Source: Scyliorhinus canicula (taxonomy: Eukaryota). Taken from it: a DNA stretch of 64,000 nt. The notes under the pieces are model-generated. The model was given only the letters and a program-made list of their open reading frames with translations, had not been told where the DNA came from and did no database searches. Position 1 is the first letter of the stretch. Every line of letters begins with the position of its first letter. The DNA lies in NCBI RefSeq assembly GCF_902713615.1, contig NC_052146.1, positions 270,633,350 to 270,697,349 on the forward strand, in the 5' to 3' direction. Below, in pieces: positions 1 through 12,263 of this stretch. Both the position numbers and the translations under genes were made by a program.

Positions 1-179
1 GGAAGGGATCTCTCTATTCAAAAAACTAATTAGATTTAATTCTCTCTTGCCAGAGAGCACAAGATGGAGCGAGCACATTTTTCTATAGTTCAGGGTAACA
101 CCAGTCAACTCTAAAATCTACAGAAATTAAAAGGATTACTACTCCCTTAACATTCATAAGGTCTACATCCATGGGCAGT

Positions 180-600
180 GAATGATGCAGGTCAATCACC
201 AGTATCCTGGTAGCAGTCATGATGCCTTCACTCCGCAGCAGTCTGCACCTGCATCTGAGCCACCACAGCAAACCAAAGTGCAGTACTGGGTGAAAAGGGC
301 TATTCACTGACCGTACTGGCTAATGACACTTGCGTGTAACTCATGCAAACTTGGCAGCACAAATAAGATGAAAGTCATGCAGCTAGGATAGACCACTGGT
401 GTGTGGATAAAATGCTTTCACTATCCGGAAGGCACTGCAGGGCCATGCAGTATTTGGCAGAGTGCGTGGCGGGATACATAAGGGTCTGCTGTATGCTGTC
501 TAACCTCATCATCATGAAGGCACTGCCCTTGCCACCAGCTACAGTGAGCAGCTTTGGAAGAGGTTAGATGGGAAGATGAAAAGGAAGGCAGGAGGGAACC
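180..600 (+). pseudogene. Degenerate PIF/Harbinger DDE transposase (HARBI1-like) fragment
   Basis: Translation from ~184 gives MQVNHQYPGSSHDAF (Harbinger 'V.A..PGS.HDAFIL' motif). It is followed by G.KGY..WLMT and VCCML.NL remnants, with frameshifts. Confidence 0.7.
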
Positions 601-779
601 GACAAAGTCCCTTTCTGTTGGGGGCCATCCTTAACCGGATCATCCAACTCTCGTACCAGTAAATGCAACCCAAATTTCCCATTCACCAACAGACCATATA
701 CTGACCATCACAGCATGTGAATGGCCACAATGCAAAAGCCAACAAAAATAAATATCTGACACCAAATAAAAAAGCAAGC

Positions 780-1935
780 CAAGCCATATGACACACAAGC
801 GTGAACCAATAATCCATGTGTATTCCCTTAGTGTCTGTCTTTAATTTCCCTTTGCCTGTTCCAGAGCTCCTACACAGTGCTTATCCCTGTGGCTGCAGCA
901 TGGCTTGTAGAAGGTTGCTGACTTCTGATGAGGAGACAGCAGATGAAATTGGAGGATGATCTGCGAGTAGAAATCCTGGCCTTGGACGCCATCATCTGGG
1001 CATGCCTGACAGCAGCTGGGGCTGAATATTTGACAGGAAACAGGAAGACCATTGGTGGAGTAGCAGTGCTGGGAGGATGGATGATGGCCTGAGAAAGGAC
1101 AGTCAGTCTATGAGTTGTGGTGCCTCTGCCACTCCTCAAGCAGCATCTCAGCATTTGATAGACAGATTGATGGACTCATGTGACACAATCTCAGCTTAGG
1201 CGACATCAGCCTGTAGTTCCACTGCAGCATTCATATGTTGGATGGCTCCTGGTTGTGCCACAGTGGAAGCTGCTCCATCGGCCATCAGGCACTGCACGGT
1301 GGTTTGGCGCACAATTATGACAATGGTCTTTACTGTCATTCTTATGCTGAAAAAGAGGCTCTAGGAGTCTAGGTGCTGCACAGTGCCCTGACATTGCACA
1401 CAGGCTTTTTAGCAGCCCTGAAGCCCCAAGAATTTCATTATGCATACACATTGGCCATCTTTTGTAGCCTGCCCTATTGAGGTTTCCATTGGAGTCCTTC
1501 CACTGCCCCACATTCTTCTCAAACAATGCATGTGGGCATCACTATGAATTTTGTCAATACATAAGACCACTGCACATTGTAATTCAGTGATAAAAAGGTT
1601 GTAATTCTAAAATTGAGCGACACGATACTGTCAGTGATCATGCTTGCTATGGGGTCCGATCATAAGTTAGCTTGAAATGTTCCCACGTTCTATAAAAGGA
1701 GGACAGCCACGCACAACAGTCAGTCCTGCTCATCCTCCCAGCAGGATGCTAGTACTAGTGTCACCAGCTGCTACACTGCTGCTTATATTGGTCGAGTTTA
1801 TTTGTGGCAGCCTGTCACTAAACATGTGTAATAGTTAATGTGCCGTAAAATGGCCAATATGCTGGACTCGATTCCGAAATAATAGCCAGTTCAGATTCAG
1901 TTGAATAGATTTATTCGAATGCAATTTTAAACCCG
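780..1935 (-). mobile_element. Remainder of an old Harbinger element (second, Myb/SANT-associated ORF remnant, convergent with the transposase)
   Basis: Minus-strand ORF 1206-1526 (AGYKRWPMCMHNEILGA) resembles 23491-23835 (AYRRRLMVTQNEMTDAL), which lies in a Myb-like remnant. Convergent ORFs are typical of Harbinger. Ends approximate. Confidence 0.4.
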
Positions 1936-4404
1936 CCCTCACACAATTTCAGTCAGTGCTGCTGAATCTTTCAGCGGCTAGGGCAAATCTCTCTGCTAGT
2001 TTCTGCCAATTCAAATTCTGAGATATCTTCCAATGTTGCATCCAAGATTCTGATTTAACTTTTTCACATGAAGTAACTGCAGAGACTGTGAGGAGCATCT
2101 GATTGGCCTTTTGCCACCTAGACACTAAACCATGTTTATGTCCCACTTTGAATGACTACAGTCAAGAATGAGGATGCGGCAAATCCCTGGGAAACACAAT
2201 GAGCACAGCTTTTATGCTGCATGCAAGGAATGGTCTTGGAAACAGGAAAATTTAGGCACTATGTCACTTGCTAAGGATGCATAACATGACCGTTCTGGCT
2301 GAACATTAGGGGAAATCCAGAAATTATGCAAGAATATTTAGCAATACAAAAAATGTCACGAGGTACAAACTGTTATGTCAAGCCCTTGCACAGGGTGATA
2401 CATTGAACTTTATGATTTATTTTCATTTGACAAACTCAGTCTAGTTTTGGGTCCAAGTAGCAAATATATATATTTTAATTTCTAACATGATAAGTCAAAA
2501 CTGTTTGTACTGCATTTAGTGACACAATAGTTGACATGGGCTGAAATGTACACTCCGCTCACATACAAGTTGGGGGTGAACCCGGCTGTAATTGCCCGCT
2601 CATCCTGCAGCCATTTTACAGCCATAGGGCCTTTAATTGGTTCAAGGTGTGACTCTCCCCACCAGCCCCCCACCAGAGAAGAATTCCTGCCTCGGAGACC
2701 TGCTGGCCAATCAAATAGCTAGCAGTTCTCTTGTCCCAGAAGTGGCACCAGGAGCATCACGGACTGTCCTGAAGGAGAGGAGTCAGAAGCCCAGTCAGGT
2801 CAGGGGTCTCATGGGGACAGGGGTCAGGAGAAAGGTGGTCTGATTGTTAGGATCCTGTCACAATGAAGTGCATGCTCTAGTTGCAAGTGAAAGCAGCTGT
2901 TATTAATTGTGGAAAAATTAGGGCATTGTTGTTCAGTATATAAGAACTGGTTTCCATCTGTGTGGGAGGAAGGGAAAGGTAGTCTGTGGGTGGAATTCTC
3001 TCGAATATCGGCAAAGCTTGAAAGCGGGTGGGAAAAGCAGCGTTGAATTCGCTGGCACCAGTGGAGGCTTTCTTTGCTGTATCATTCAGTGCATACTGAA
3101 AAGTGAAGGAATGGGGCGGGTCCCACAAAATCATGCTGGTGGAATGGGGTCTGATTGAGCCTGTCCTGCCAGCAACTTAGTTTTTTTGAAAATTGGGGCA
3201 CCATTCTGAAAGTCCGCCCCAGTGCACAGAGGTTCACTTGGAACCCCTGCCCGCACCACTCACACCCCCACATAACCCTTCCCCTTGACAATGCCCCTTA
3301 GGCACTGCCCAGGCATGACCCTCTCCACCATGAGTTATGCACTTGCCTGAGGTCCTCTGAGACATCTGTTCACCATCAGCATATATGGGAAGGGGCCGGT
3401 GGAGTGCTCGTATGGGTTGGGGTTGTTAGGATCCTGTGTGTTGGAGTTGGAAGGCAGTTTATTTTTATCGCAGATCAGGGCGCCATCTTTCTCTGTGGAG
3501 CTGGCCTTGCTGGCTCTCCCTGCCCTTCCAGAGTGATGGCGCAAACCAAGTCCCCAGATTTCCTATGCACTGAGTGCCAGAAAATCTGGTCTGAAAACTT
3601 GGCTGTGATTCTGGAGAGAAACACGTCGGTTTTCAGTCATGGCCTGAGAGCAAATATCTTTTTTAACCTTTTTTTTCATTAAAGATTGTCAGTAAAGTCA
3701 TCTTTAAAATAAACCATAAACTAGGACGTACTGAATGAAGACAATTTTTTGGCCTATTGATTCTCGCAATAAAAAAAGTTTCAAGTAGCACACTGAGAAT
3801 AATTAGCAACTCACCTATAAGAGAGACAATAATAGTTCTAACCATAAAATGTGCTCCTTAGACCAAAGGCATATCTATAAGCACAGTATAGTGATGCCTC
3901 TCAAACAGCTTTATTTATGTTCAGGTGATTAAAATAATGAAGTGAAGCCATAATGTGCTGCGTAATGATTAGACTTTTATCCCCACAATAAAACACAGCT
4001 CGTACTTTTCTTGGCTGAATTTGTTGTTTAGGTTTTTCGTGTCAATACGATCCAAGTTGAAAAGGTTGGGAACCACAAACGAGATGCTAAAGAGCTGCAT
4101 GCAGCTCCATAGCTGCAGATGTAATCCCGAGATGAGGCAAATGTTAATGCATTTTACCGTGTTTTTCGATAAAACAAGTTAACTTTAGAAATTTCCAGTT
4201 GTACCAGATTCACAAACAAAGTTAAAGGAGGATGAGTATTAACATAAAAACATTTTCTCCCCCAATATCTAGGCCAACCATTTGATTTTGGAGTTCCCTT
4301 TCTTTCAAATAAATCGTGCTGCGTTCAACTGGATGTTGGTATCTATTGCTAAATATTTGAATCTATTCATTTTAATGCCAAATATTTGTACCCCAATAGC
4401 GCAG

Positions 4405-5132
4405 GAAGTCCTGAGGAACAAAGAGACCTTGGTGTGTTTTTAAATAGATCTCTGAAGGCAGAAGGGCAGATTAATAGGGCGGTGAAAATGGCATATGGTA
4501 CACTTTATCAATCGTGGCATAGATTACAAAAGCAGGGAGGTCATGTTGGAGTTATATAGAACATTGGTGAGGTCGCAGCTGGAGTACTGTGTGCAGTTCT
4601 GGTCGCCATATTATAGGAAAAATGTGATTGCATTGGAGCGGGTGCAGAAGCGTTTCACCAGGACGTTGCTTGGGATGGAACATTTAAGTTGGAGAGGTTG
4701 GATGGGCTTGGTTTGTTTTCACTGGAGCAGAGAAGGCCAAGAGGCGACCTGATCGAGGTGTACAGGATTATGTGGGGCATGGACATGGTGGATAGGGAAC
4801 AGCTGTTCCCTTTAGTTGAAGAATTGGTTACGAGGGGACACAAGTTCAAGTTGAGGGGTGGGAGGTTCAGGGGGGATTTGAGGAAAAACTTTTTTACCCA
4901 GAGGGTGATGACGGTCTGGAACGCACTGCCTGGGAGGGTGGTAGAGGCTGGTTGCCTTAAATCCTTTAAAAAATACCTGGATGAGCACTTGCTACGTCTT
5001 AACATTTGAGGCTATGGGCCAAGTGCTGGCAAATGGGATTAAGATTGGCAGATCAGGTGCCTTTTATGCAGTGGTGCAGAATCAATGGGTCAAAGGGCCT
5101 TTTCTGCACTGTATTTTTATGTGATTCTGTGA
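4405..5132 (+). mobile_element. CR1 LINE 3' fragment (5'-truncated, frameshifted)
   Basis: ORFs 4495-4752 and 4689-5009 contain LYRTLVRSQLEYCVQFWSP and GLFSLEQRR.RGDLIEVY...TRGH...FFTQRV...WNALP. A CR1-type 3' UTR and tail follow. Confidence 0.9.
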
Positions 5133-5154
5133 AGGCATTTTTCTGAAGTATCAG

Positions 5155-5475
5155 AAAATCCATAGAATCCCTACAGTGCAGGAGGCCATTCGGCCCATCA
5201 AGTCTGCACCGACCCTCCAAAAGAGTACTCTACCTACGCCCACTCCCCGCCCTATCCCCGTGACCCCACCTAACCTGCACATCGTTGGACACTAAGGGGC
5301 AATTTGACATGGCTAATCCACCTAACCTGCACATCATTGGACACTGAGGGGCAATTTGACATGGCCAATCTACCTAACCTGCACATATTTGAACTATGGG
5401 AAGAAACCGGAGCACCTGGAGGAAACCCACATGGATACGGGGAGACAGTGCAAACACCACACAGTCTGTGACGCA
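5155..5475 (-). mobile_element. V-SINE (HE1-like) with an internal 52-bp tandem repeat
   Basis: Reverse complement of the V-domain (GGGTTTCCTCC.GGTGCTCCGGTTTC) and a CR1-like tail. CCACCTAACCTGCACA recurs at 5266, 5318 and 5370. Confidence 0.85.
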
Positions 5476-5904
5476 AGCCACACAGACAGTCAGCAACCCT
5501 AAATCTTAAATGAATAATTTCTCAGAACCGTGCTCTTTTGTTAGTTTATCAATGCTTCTATTTTGTTCCATCTTATTTCTCTATAAAAAGGTCAATTCCC
5601 TGCTTGTAAACCAAGAAATATGAAAAGGATAGTACAATTGTTAAAAAAAAAACTTGGCCACGCGTGCACATCATGGTGTAAATTTAGTTTTACTTCATTC
5701 CTGAGTTCCTCAATCTCAACCTTGTGTATTAAGTTTTGCATCACAGCCAATTCACGTATTCCCTATTCCCAAGAATTTTTTCCAAAGACCCACGCTGATG
5801 TTACCATATACTAGGTCACTATAAAATTGACTGTGATGTCCACATATACCTCTTACACCTGTGCTTGCTGGCGTACACTAGTTCCTGGTCCACCAATATT
5901 TAGA

Positions 5905-6165
5905 TATTAAAATTCGAATCCTCATAATCAATCTTGATGCCCCCCCCTCGCTCACTTCCTAGCTTGGAAACCTCGACAGGTCCCACAATATCTAAAATCT
6001 CTGCACCACTTAAATTCTGCGAATTCTTCACCACCTTTGTCCCACCATTGGGGCTCTGCTTTCAACCATTTCGGCCCTAAACTCTGGAATTCCCTACCCA
6101 AGGTTCTCCACAGAACCTTCATCCTTTAAAATCATCAGCTTTTTAACCAAGTTATTTGTCACCCC
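5905..6165 (+). mobile_element. Old L2 LINE 3' end
   Basis: GGCCCTAAACTCTGGAATTCCCTACC (GPKLWNSLP) and TTTAACCAAG..TT.GTCACC, typical of L2 3' ends. Confidence 0.55.
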
Positions 6166-6753
6166 TTCCCACTGATAACATAGGGTTTTACCAAGCTCTT
6201 TCTGCTGTACTATATTTCCAACGTCAACTCAAATGAAATCCCTATTGTAGGGTGTATAATGCCTACAAATGAATATATTACTTGGAAGGGTCCTTCCTGT
6301 TTATTCCCAATTTCCCCTTTCTTTAATTTTGCTGTTATCATTATTGATTCATGGATAATTAAGGGACATGTATCTTTAAATCAAGCAGCACTGAGAAATT
6401 CAGACGTGTTAGGAGAGAACACTCTGCTAATTTGAATTGGAGACCTCAGACCTTTCTGCACCAGGGAGAGAGGTTGGTGGGACTCAGTTGGATTGATTGG
6501 CTGATGGCCAATAATTGGTGAAAAGATCATACTCGGCATGGTAGCAAGTGGTGATTGGATCCTATCCCAGTGGGATGGATCTCAGAGACTTCACGGAATA
6601 GCTGAGTCCGAGACACACAGATACATGAAGCTACTCACTCTCTCTCCTCCATGTTTTTACCAGAAAGGCTGTGAGTGCTGTATTTCTGAAGCTGTAGTGA
6701 GCCTGAATGAATGAATCTACAGGGAAAACTTCATAGGCTCAAACAAAGTCCAG

Positions 6754-7418
6754 AGGCGGAATTCTCTGCAACGGCCGACGTGAAACCCAGAGTGTTTCAC
6801 GACGGCGTCGGAGGCCTCTCCTCACCCCCTATTCTCCCCCCCCCCCCCCCCGGGCTAGGAGCGGCTTTTCGTTAAACTTGGCCGCCTTGACGCTGGCGTC
6901 AAGGCGGCGCGCCGATAATGACGCGGCCAGCGGCGCCTTAGTGACGTCAGCCGCGCAGGTTGGCCGGCGCCAACCCGCGCATGCGCGGTTGCCGTCTTCC
7001 CCTCCGTTGCCCCGCAAGACGTGGCGGATTGATCTTGCGGGGCGGCGGAGGGGAAAGAATGCGTCTCTTAGAGATGCCGGCCCAATGATCAGTGGGCACC
7101 GATCGCAGGCCAGCTCCCTCCTGAGCACAGCCGTGGTGCTCGATGCCCTCTCCATCCTCCACAGCCCCCAAACTTACCTTTCGTGCTATGTTCACGCCAG
7201 CAGCGACCAGGTGTGGTTGCCGCCGGCGTGAACAGGTCAGGAACGGCAGGCCACTCAGCCCATCAGGGCCGGACAATTGCGGGTCGCCGTGAAAAACGGC
7301 GACCCGCAATTCTTCAAAATGCAACACACCATTTTGGGGGGGGGGAGAATCGCGGGGGGTGCCAGAGCAGCCCTCCCGCAATTCTCCCACCTTGCCTGGT
7401 GAGCGGAGAATCGCGCCC
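6754..7418. mobile_element. GC-rich MITE, PIF/Harbinger type (family A)
   Basis: TIRs AGGCGGAATTCTC ... GAGAATCGCGCCC. 3-bp TSD CAG (6751-6753 / 7419-7421). No coding capacity. Confidence 0.85.
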
Positions 7419-7558
7419 CAGGACTTGCTCTATCTCTCCAGAAAGACTGTGAGTGCTGTATTTCTGAAATTACAAAGGCCTGAAGGAGTCTACAGTAAAA
7501 GCCATGGATTGAAATCAAACTTTGAAGAGGAGTCAGGTGCAACTATCTGAAACACAGA

Positions 7559-8273
7559 GGGCGCGATTCTCCGCTCCCCACGCCGGGTGGGAGAATCGCA
7601 GGAGGGCCGGGCGACTCACGACACGCCGTCCTGGCACCCCCCGCTCTCAGAATCGCCGCTCGCCGTTTTTCACGGTGTCCGGCAATTCTCCAGCCCGGAT
7701 AGGCTGAGCGGCCTGACGTTCCCAACCTGTTCACGCCTGGGGCAACCACACCTGGTCGCTGCCATCGTGAACATGGCGCCAAATCTTCGTTTGTGGCTTG
7801 TGGGGGGCGGAGAGGGGAGTGAGCACCACGGCCGTGCTAGGGTGGGGACTGGCCCGCGATCGGTGCCCACCGATCGTCGGGCCGGCGTCTCCAAGCGACA
7901 CACTCTTTCCCCTTCGACACCCCACAAGATCAAGCCGCCACGTCTTGCGGGGCAGCGGAGGGGAAGACGTCAACCGCGCATGCGCAGGTTGGAGCCGGCA
8001 GCCGTTGTGATGTCAGCTGCGCATGCGTGGGCTGGAGCCGGCCAACCTGCGCATGCGCGGCTAACGTCACTTACGCTCCGCTGTCGCGTTATTCTCGGCG
8101 CGCCGCCTTGACGCAAGCGTCAAGGCCCGGCTGCCGAGATTTACGGAGCGCCGCTCCTAGCCCCCTGGCGGGGGGTGAATAGGGTGCGAGGAGAGACCTC
8201 CGAGGCCATCGTGAAACTCGGCCGAGTTCACGATGGCCTTCCCGATGCCGCGCGTGAGCGGAGAATTCCGCCC
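7559..8273. mobile_element. GC-rich MITE family A, opposite orientation to 6754-7418
   Basis: TIRs GGGCGCGATTCTCC ... GGAGAATTCCGCCC. TSD AGA. Body is the reverse complement of the neighbouring copy. Confidence 0.85.
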
Positions 8274-9139
8274 AGACTCTTTTTTCCTTTTACTTTGGGT
8301 TTTTACCCATTTTGTCCCTTCTGTGTTTGTCTGTCGTGTCTGTATGTGGACACAGGGTGGGGGCAAGTAAAAATTAAAGTGGGTAATTAGGAATTAGATG
8401 ACAGTTAACCAGTTGTATTTGCTGCATATGTCATTATAGTTCTTGTTATAAATAGAAAGTAATTGTGTTCACATTTACAAACTGGTGACTGTGATTATTG
8501 GGCAGCCAAGAGCCAAAGTCTTTGGGTATTATTCTGAGATTTATCGATTAATTCACTTATGTTAATTCTGAGTCAGGTGCCGCCAGAATTGACCACGCAC
8601 TAGTCCAGGGTGTCATAACATACTCGAAAAATGAAATGCTATAATTTTGTACATTAGATTTCCGACGACAATAATCAATAACACAGTTTATTCAAACTGT
8701 TCTCTGTGAACAATACATTGGCTTTTTTTTAGACAATAGTGTCATCTTTCAACCAGTTGGCTGTTGGGTTTTTTTGCACTCTAATGACAAAGTGTTCAGC
8801 TTTTGCAATGTAATTGCATAGTCAAGTATATTTGATAACCAGTTGCTATATTTGCAAAAAATAGGTGGCACACCATTCAAAAAGATTAGTTGAAAGAGTA
8901 CAGGAATGTTGATTTTCCTCTCCGGGTCTGTGCTGGCCAACTAACAAGTGCAGTGGACCAGAGTGCATTGTATCCATACATGGAGAATGTTGGGTTATTG
9001 TTTCTGCCCTGGCTCTCTACCAGTCCAGGTTCTACCCCTGGCAGTGCCAACCTACCCTTTGCTTACATACCCACTCTATTGCAGCCATCTGAGAAACTGC
9101 AGCAATATTAAAAAACATTCCACGGAGGACTTTAACATA

Positions 9140-9330
9140 AGATAGGCTGACTTCACCTCAGTATGGAGGTGCCGTCTTTTAGGCAAGTCATTGTTGTTTT
9201 TCTGACGTTCAGAGTGTAAACTGGCTGCTATTGTTCCTTCATTACAACTGTGACCACACGTCAAAGATACTCTATTGGTTGTAAAATGTTTTGGGATGTC
9301 CTCGGGTAGTGAACAGCATATTTCTTTCTA
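9140..9330 (+). mobile_element. Old SINE 3' part with L2-like tail
   Basis: CATTACAACTGTGACCACACGTCAAAG...TTGGTTGTAAAATGTTTTGGGATGTCCT. Related pieces lie on the minus strand near 13270 and 48740. Confidence 0.5.
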
Positions 9331-9884
9331 AAATAAATATATTAAAAGATGACACTGTTGGTCCAAATCTTTTACCAGAGAACAGAAAGAAACCACCTTA
9401 GTTTGACCTTTTCCTGCATAGTTGGTACAGTTGTGGGTAGGAAGCTACTGTTCTAAGGAGTTCCTCTTTTGGAGGCAGTTAACCAAAATCATCTTATTTT
9501 TAAACTCATATATTATAACTTTTAAAAAGGCCTATGGGCACAAGCTGTTGGACAAGGTTGGCTTGTGTGCTGCATACAGCTCGTGACAGAGAAAATTCCT
9601 GTCCAAGATTGCACTACCATCTGAAAAGATGTGCTGACCATGACATTAAGGCTATGACCTTGACATTAATATAAAGGTAAGTGTAGAAACCAGTAAAGTC
9701 AACTTTCTGATATCAATTTAAATGAGGCAGTTACTTTGGAGTCAATGTGCATCCTTATATTGTGATCTGGGATCCATTATTTAAAAAGTCAATGCATAAA
9801 TGGAATCTGTGAATCAAGGTGTGGGCAGCAGGGGTTTGAAAGATCTCGGGGCTGGATACTCCCTTTGAGAGACTAAGTGCTGAT

Positions 9885-10710
9885 GGCGGGACTGAATCAT
9901 GAGAGTTCTACGCTGCCAAAAGCGGTACCAGTCTCAGAGCAATTTAGAACATCCTAAGTGGCTACCACGGGCGCCACATGGACCTCGTGCAATTCCAATG
10001 GACGCTAGCATGTGATTCGCTGGGTTCGGGACTGCCACTGGACGGCCTGACAAGCAGGAACTGCATATAAGCACTCCATTCCCCACACACCTCATCCCAG
10101 ACAGGAGGATGGCACAGGTTGAGCTGGAGGACACCCATCCCTTTGATGGGTCAGCTGGGGTCAGAGGGTACCTAGGGGGGTGGCCTCAGCAGCACGAATG
10201 GCGCTATATTCACAGTGAGCAGTCAGTGGTATGCACATCCGCATGGCTTTCGTGCAGGCTTTGGAAATGGTGGTCCATGCCCGTCTACCCCGACCCCTCA
10301 GCTGACCTTCTGGCCACCCCGCTACACCCCCAGGCCCTGGAAGAAGCCCCCTTGGCCAGCGGCACTACTGTCAGCATACTACAGCGATGTTGGACACTTA
10401 CCCCGTATTCCGCCCTCTCCCTCAGCAGCCACAGTGCCTGTTTCCCAATTTAAAATAAATAAATAAGGGTGTAGCATCACGGGGGCCCCCAGAAATTGCC
10501 GGCTCAGGGCGTTAATGTTGTGCCAAAGGCGTTTACTGTACAATTTGCATGGCCATGCCAGCTTGCGGTGTGGAACATATTCACACTGCTGTCGATGCAC
10601 AGGAGCGTGGCATTCCATATGGCGTCGGCCTTGATGTTCGGCTGACATGCAATTCTCCAGCCGATTGTATTTTGCGATTCTGGCGTCGCTGGACGGAGAA
10701 TCCCGCCCCC
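9885..10710. mobile_element. Older Harbinger-type MITE
   Basis: Right end GGAGAATCCCGCCC matches the MITE TIR class. GC-rich body. Left end eroded. Confidence 0.5.
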
Positions 10711-10929
10711 TCAGGTTTACGGTTGGGGGGGGGGGGGGGAGAGAATATGAAAGGCTAACTAAGAATGCATCAGAATAGTCAAGTGTAGGGGTAATGAACA
10801 CATCAGTGAGGGTTTCAGCAGCGGATAAGCTGAAACAGGGCGGATTCTGGCCATGTCACGGAAGTGGAACTATGCAATCTTAGCAGTGGCCCGTACATGA
10901 GGTCGGGAGCTTGTCTCAGGATCAAATGA

Positions 10930-11740
10930 AAGACCAAGCTGTGTACAGACTTTTGCAATCTCAGACTGTTGCCAGGGAGAGAGAGAGGGAATGGGAGAAA
11001 GAAAAATGTCGCTCTTACCGGGAAGGAATGGTTGAAGGTGGCTGAGAAGCTGTAATGTATATAGTCCACAGATGCTGTACAGGAAGCAGTTCAATGATCA
11101 AAACCAGTCAGGAAAATGAGCACCAAAATAAAAGCAAAATACCGCGGATGCTGAGAATCGGTAATAAAAACAGAAAATGCTGGAAAACTCAGCAACTCTG
11201 GCAGCACTCTGCAGAGGGACAAACAGGATTATCGGTTCGGGTTCAGCATTCTTCTGGAATTGTTCACTTTGTTTCTCTCGTCACAGGAAAATTTGCTGAT
11301 TCAGCCCTCATCTGGCGGTGTAAACTGCTCCATCCATTCCCATTCACCCTGTCTTCCTTCCCATCACTCCACTCAGCAGCAGACATTTCAACAGCGCTCA
11401 TCCTTCACTTGCTGTGTATTGCCTCACCTTCCCATTTATTCATGCACAGCTGCCACTCACCCGAATATAGGTGCAACGGGTTATCTCTGCCTGATAGTCA
11501 CTCTCACCGGGTGCACTGCACCCATCAATAAGTTTCTGACCTTCAGTGCGTCACAGGCCTCGTTCTGCTCGAGTGGACAAAACGCAAGGGGGAAAGGCGG
11601 ACAGAACTGGAGTTGAACTGCCATAAAATGTGTAGCTCCCAGAAGCAAAGATGGGTAGCCCAAGCACAGCTGCATCCCTCTTAATTGGAAGTGGTGAGAT
11701 TGAGAACTCACAGATGACTGGTGGCAAACTGGAAGCAAAT
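10930..11740 (+). pseudogene. Harbinger Myb/SANT-like ORF remnant
   Basis: EWLKVAEKL ... RKQFND.. S GK remnant (Myb_DNA-bind_5-like), fragmented. Confidence 0.45.
11125..11262 (-). mobile_element. Solo Penelope-type pseudo-LTR remnant
   Basis: Minus strand reads eroded CUGAAGA...GAAAC-like core followed by GCTGCCAGAGTTGCTGAGTTTTCCAGCATTTTCTGTTTTTATT. Confidence 0.5.
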
Positions 11741-11742
11741 CA

Positions 11743-11860
11743 TTGTGGAAATTAGAAATAAAAACAAAGTGTTGGAAAAGCTCAGCAGGTCTGACAGAAT
11801 CTGTGGAGATTGAAACAGAGTTGACATTCTGTGTCGAATATAACTCTTCGGTATTCAGAA
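11743..11860 (-). mobile_element. Second solo Penelope-type pseudo-LTR remnant
   Basis: Similar to 11125-11262 (AACTCTGTTTC...CTCCACAGA...GACCTGCTGAG..TTTCCA.CA.TTTGTTTTTATTTC). Confidence 0.5.
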
Positions 11861-11861
11861 G

Positions 11862-12205
11862 GAACTTATGGTGGTATTGTCACTGGGCTAGTAATCCAGA
11901 GACCCAGAGAAATGCTCTGGGGCCACAGGTTCAAATCCCACCATGGCAGATGGTGAAATTTGAATTGAATAAAAGCCTAATGATGACCATTAAACCATTG
12001 TCGAGTGTTGTAAATAAAATCCTTCAGGGAAGGAAATCTGCCGTCCTTACCTGGTCTGGCCTACATGTGAAGACAGACCCACACAGTGATATGGTTGACT
12101 CTCAACTGCCCCCCACTGAAATAGCCTAGCAAGCCACTCGATTCGAGGGCAATTAAAGATGGGTAACAAATGCTGGCTTGGACGCCCATATCCTAAGAAC
12201 GAATA
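11862..12205 (+). mobile_element. tRNA-derived SINE (family B), reference copy for the minisatellite
   Basis: A-box-like GTGGTATTGTCAC, anticodon-arm-like CTGGG-CTAGTAA-TCCAG, B-box GGTTCAAATCC (11928-11938). Body contains GGAAATCTGCCGTCCTTACCTGGTCTGG. Confidence 0.8.
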
Positions 12206-12263
12206 CACTAAAAAAAAAACTCAAAACATTCACACAGAATGAAAACGATCTCTCACACACATT

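Larger units (their letters stand above)
6250..8620 (+). mobile_element. Possible solo LTR interrupted by two MITEs
   Basis: Ends ...GGGTGTCATAACA. Internal repeat CAGAAAG.CTGTGAGTGCTGTATTTCTGAA at ~6661 and ~7439. 5' end and TSD not identified. Confidence 0.35.

Noticed and set aside
6829-8390. Clusters of Arg/Pro/Gly-rich ORFs here and at 12437-13013, 20109-20926, 22328-23224 and 41010-42143
   Set aside because: They lie inside GC-rich MITEs, where stop codons are rare. No domain similarity is evident.
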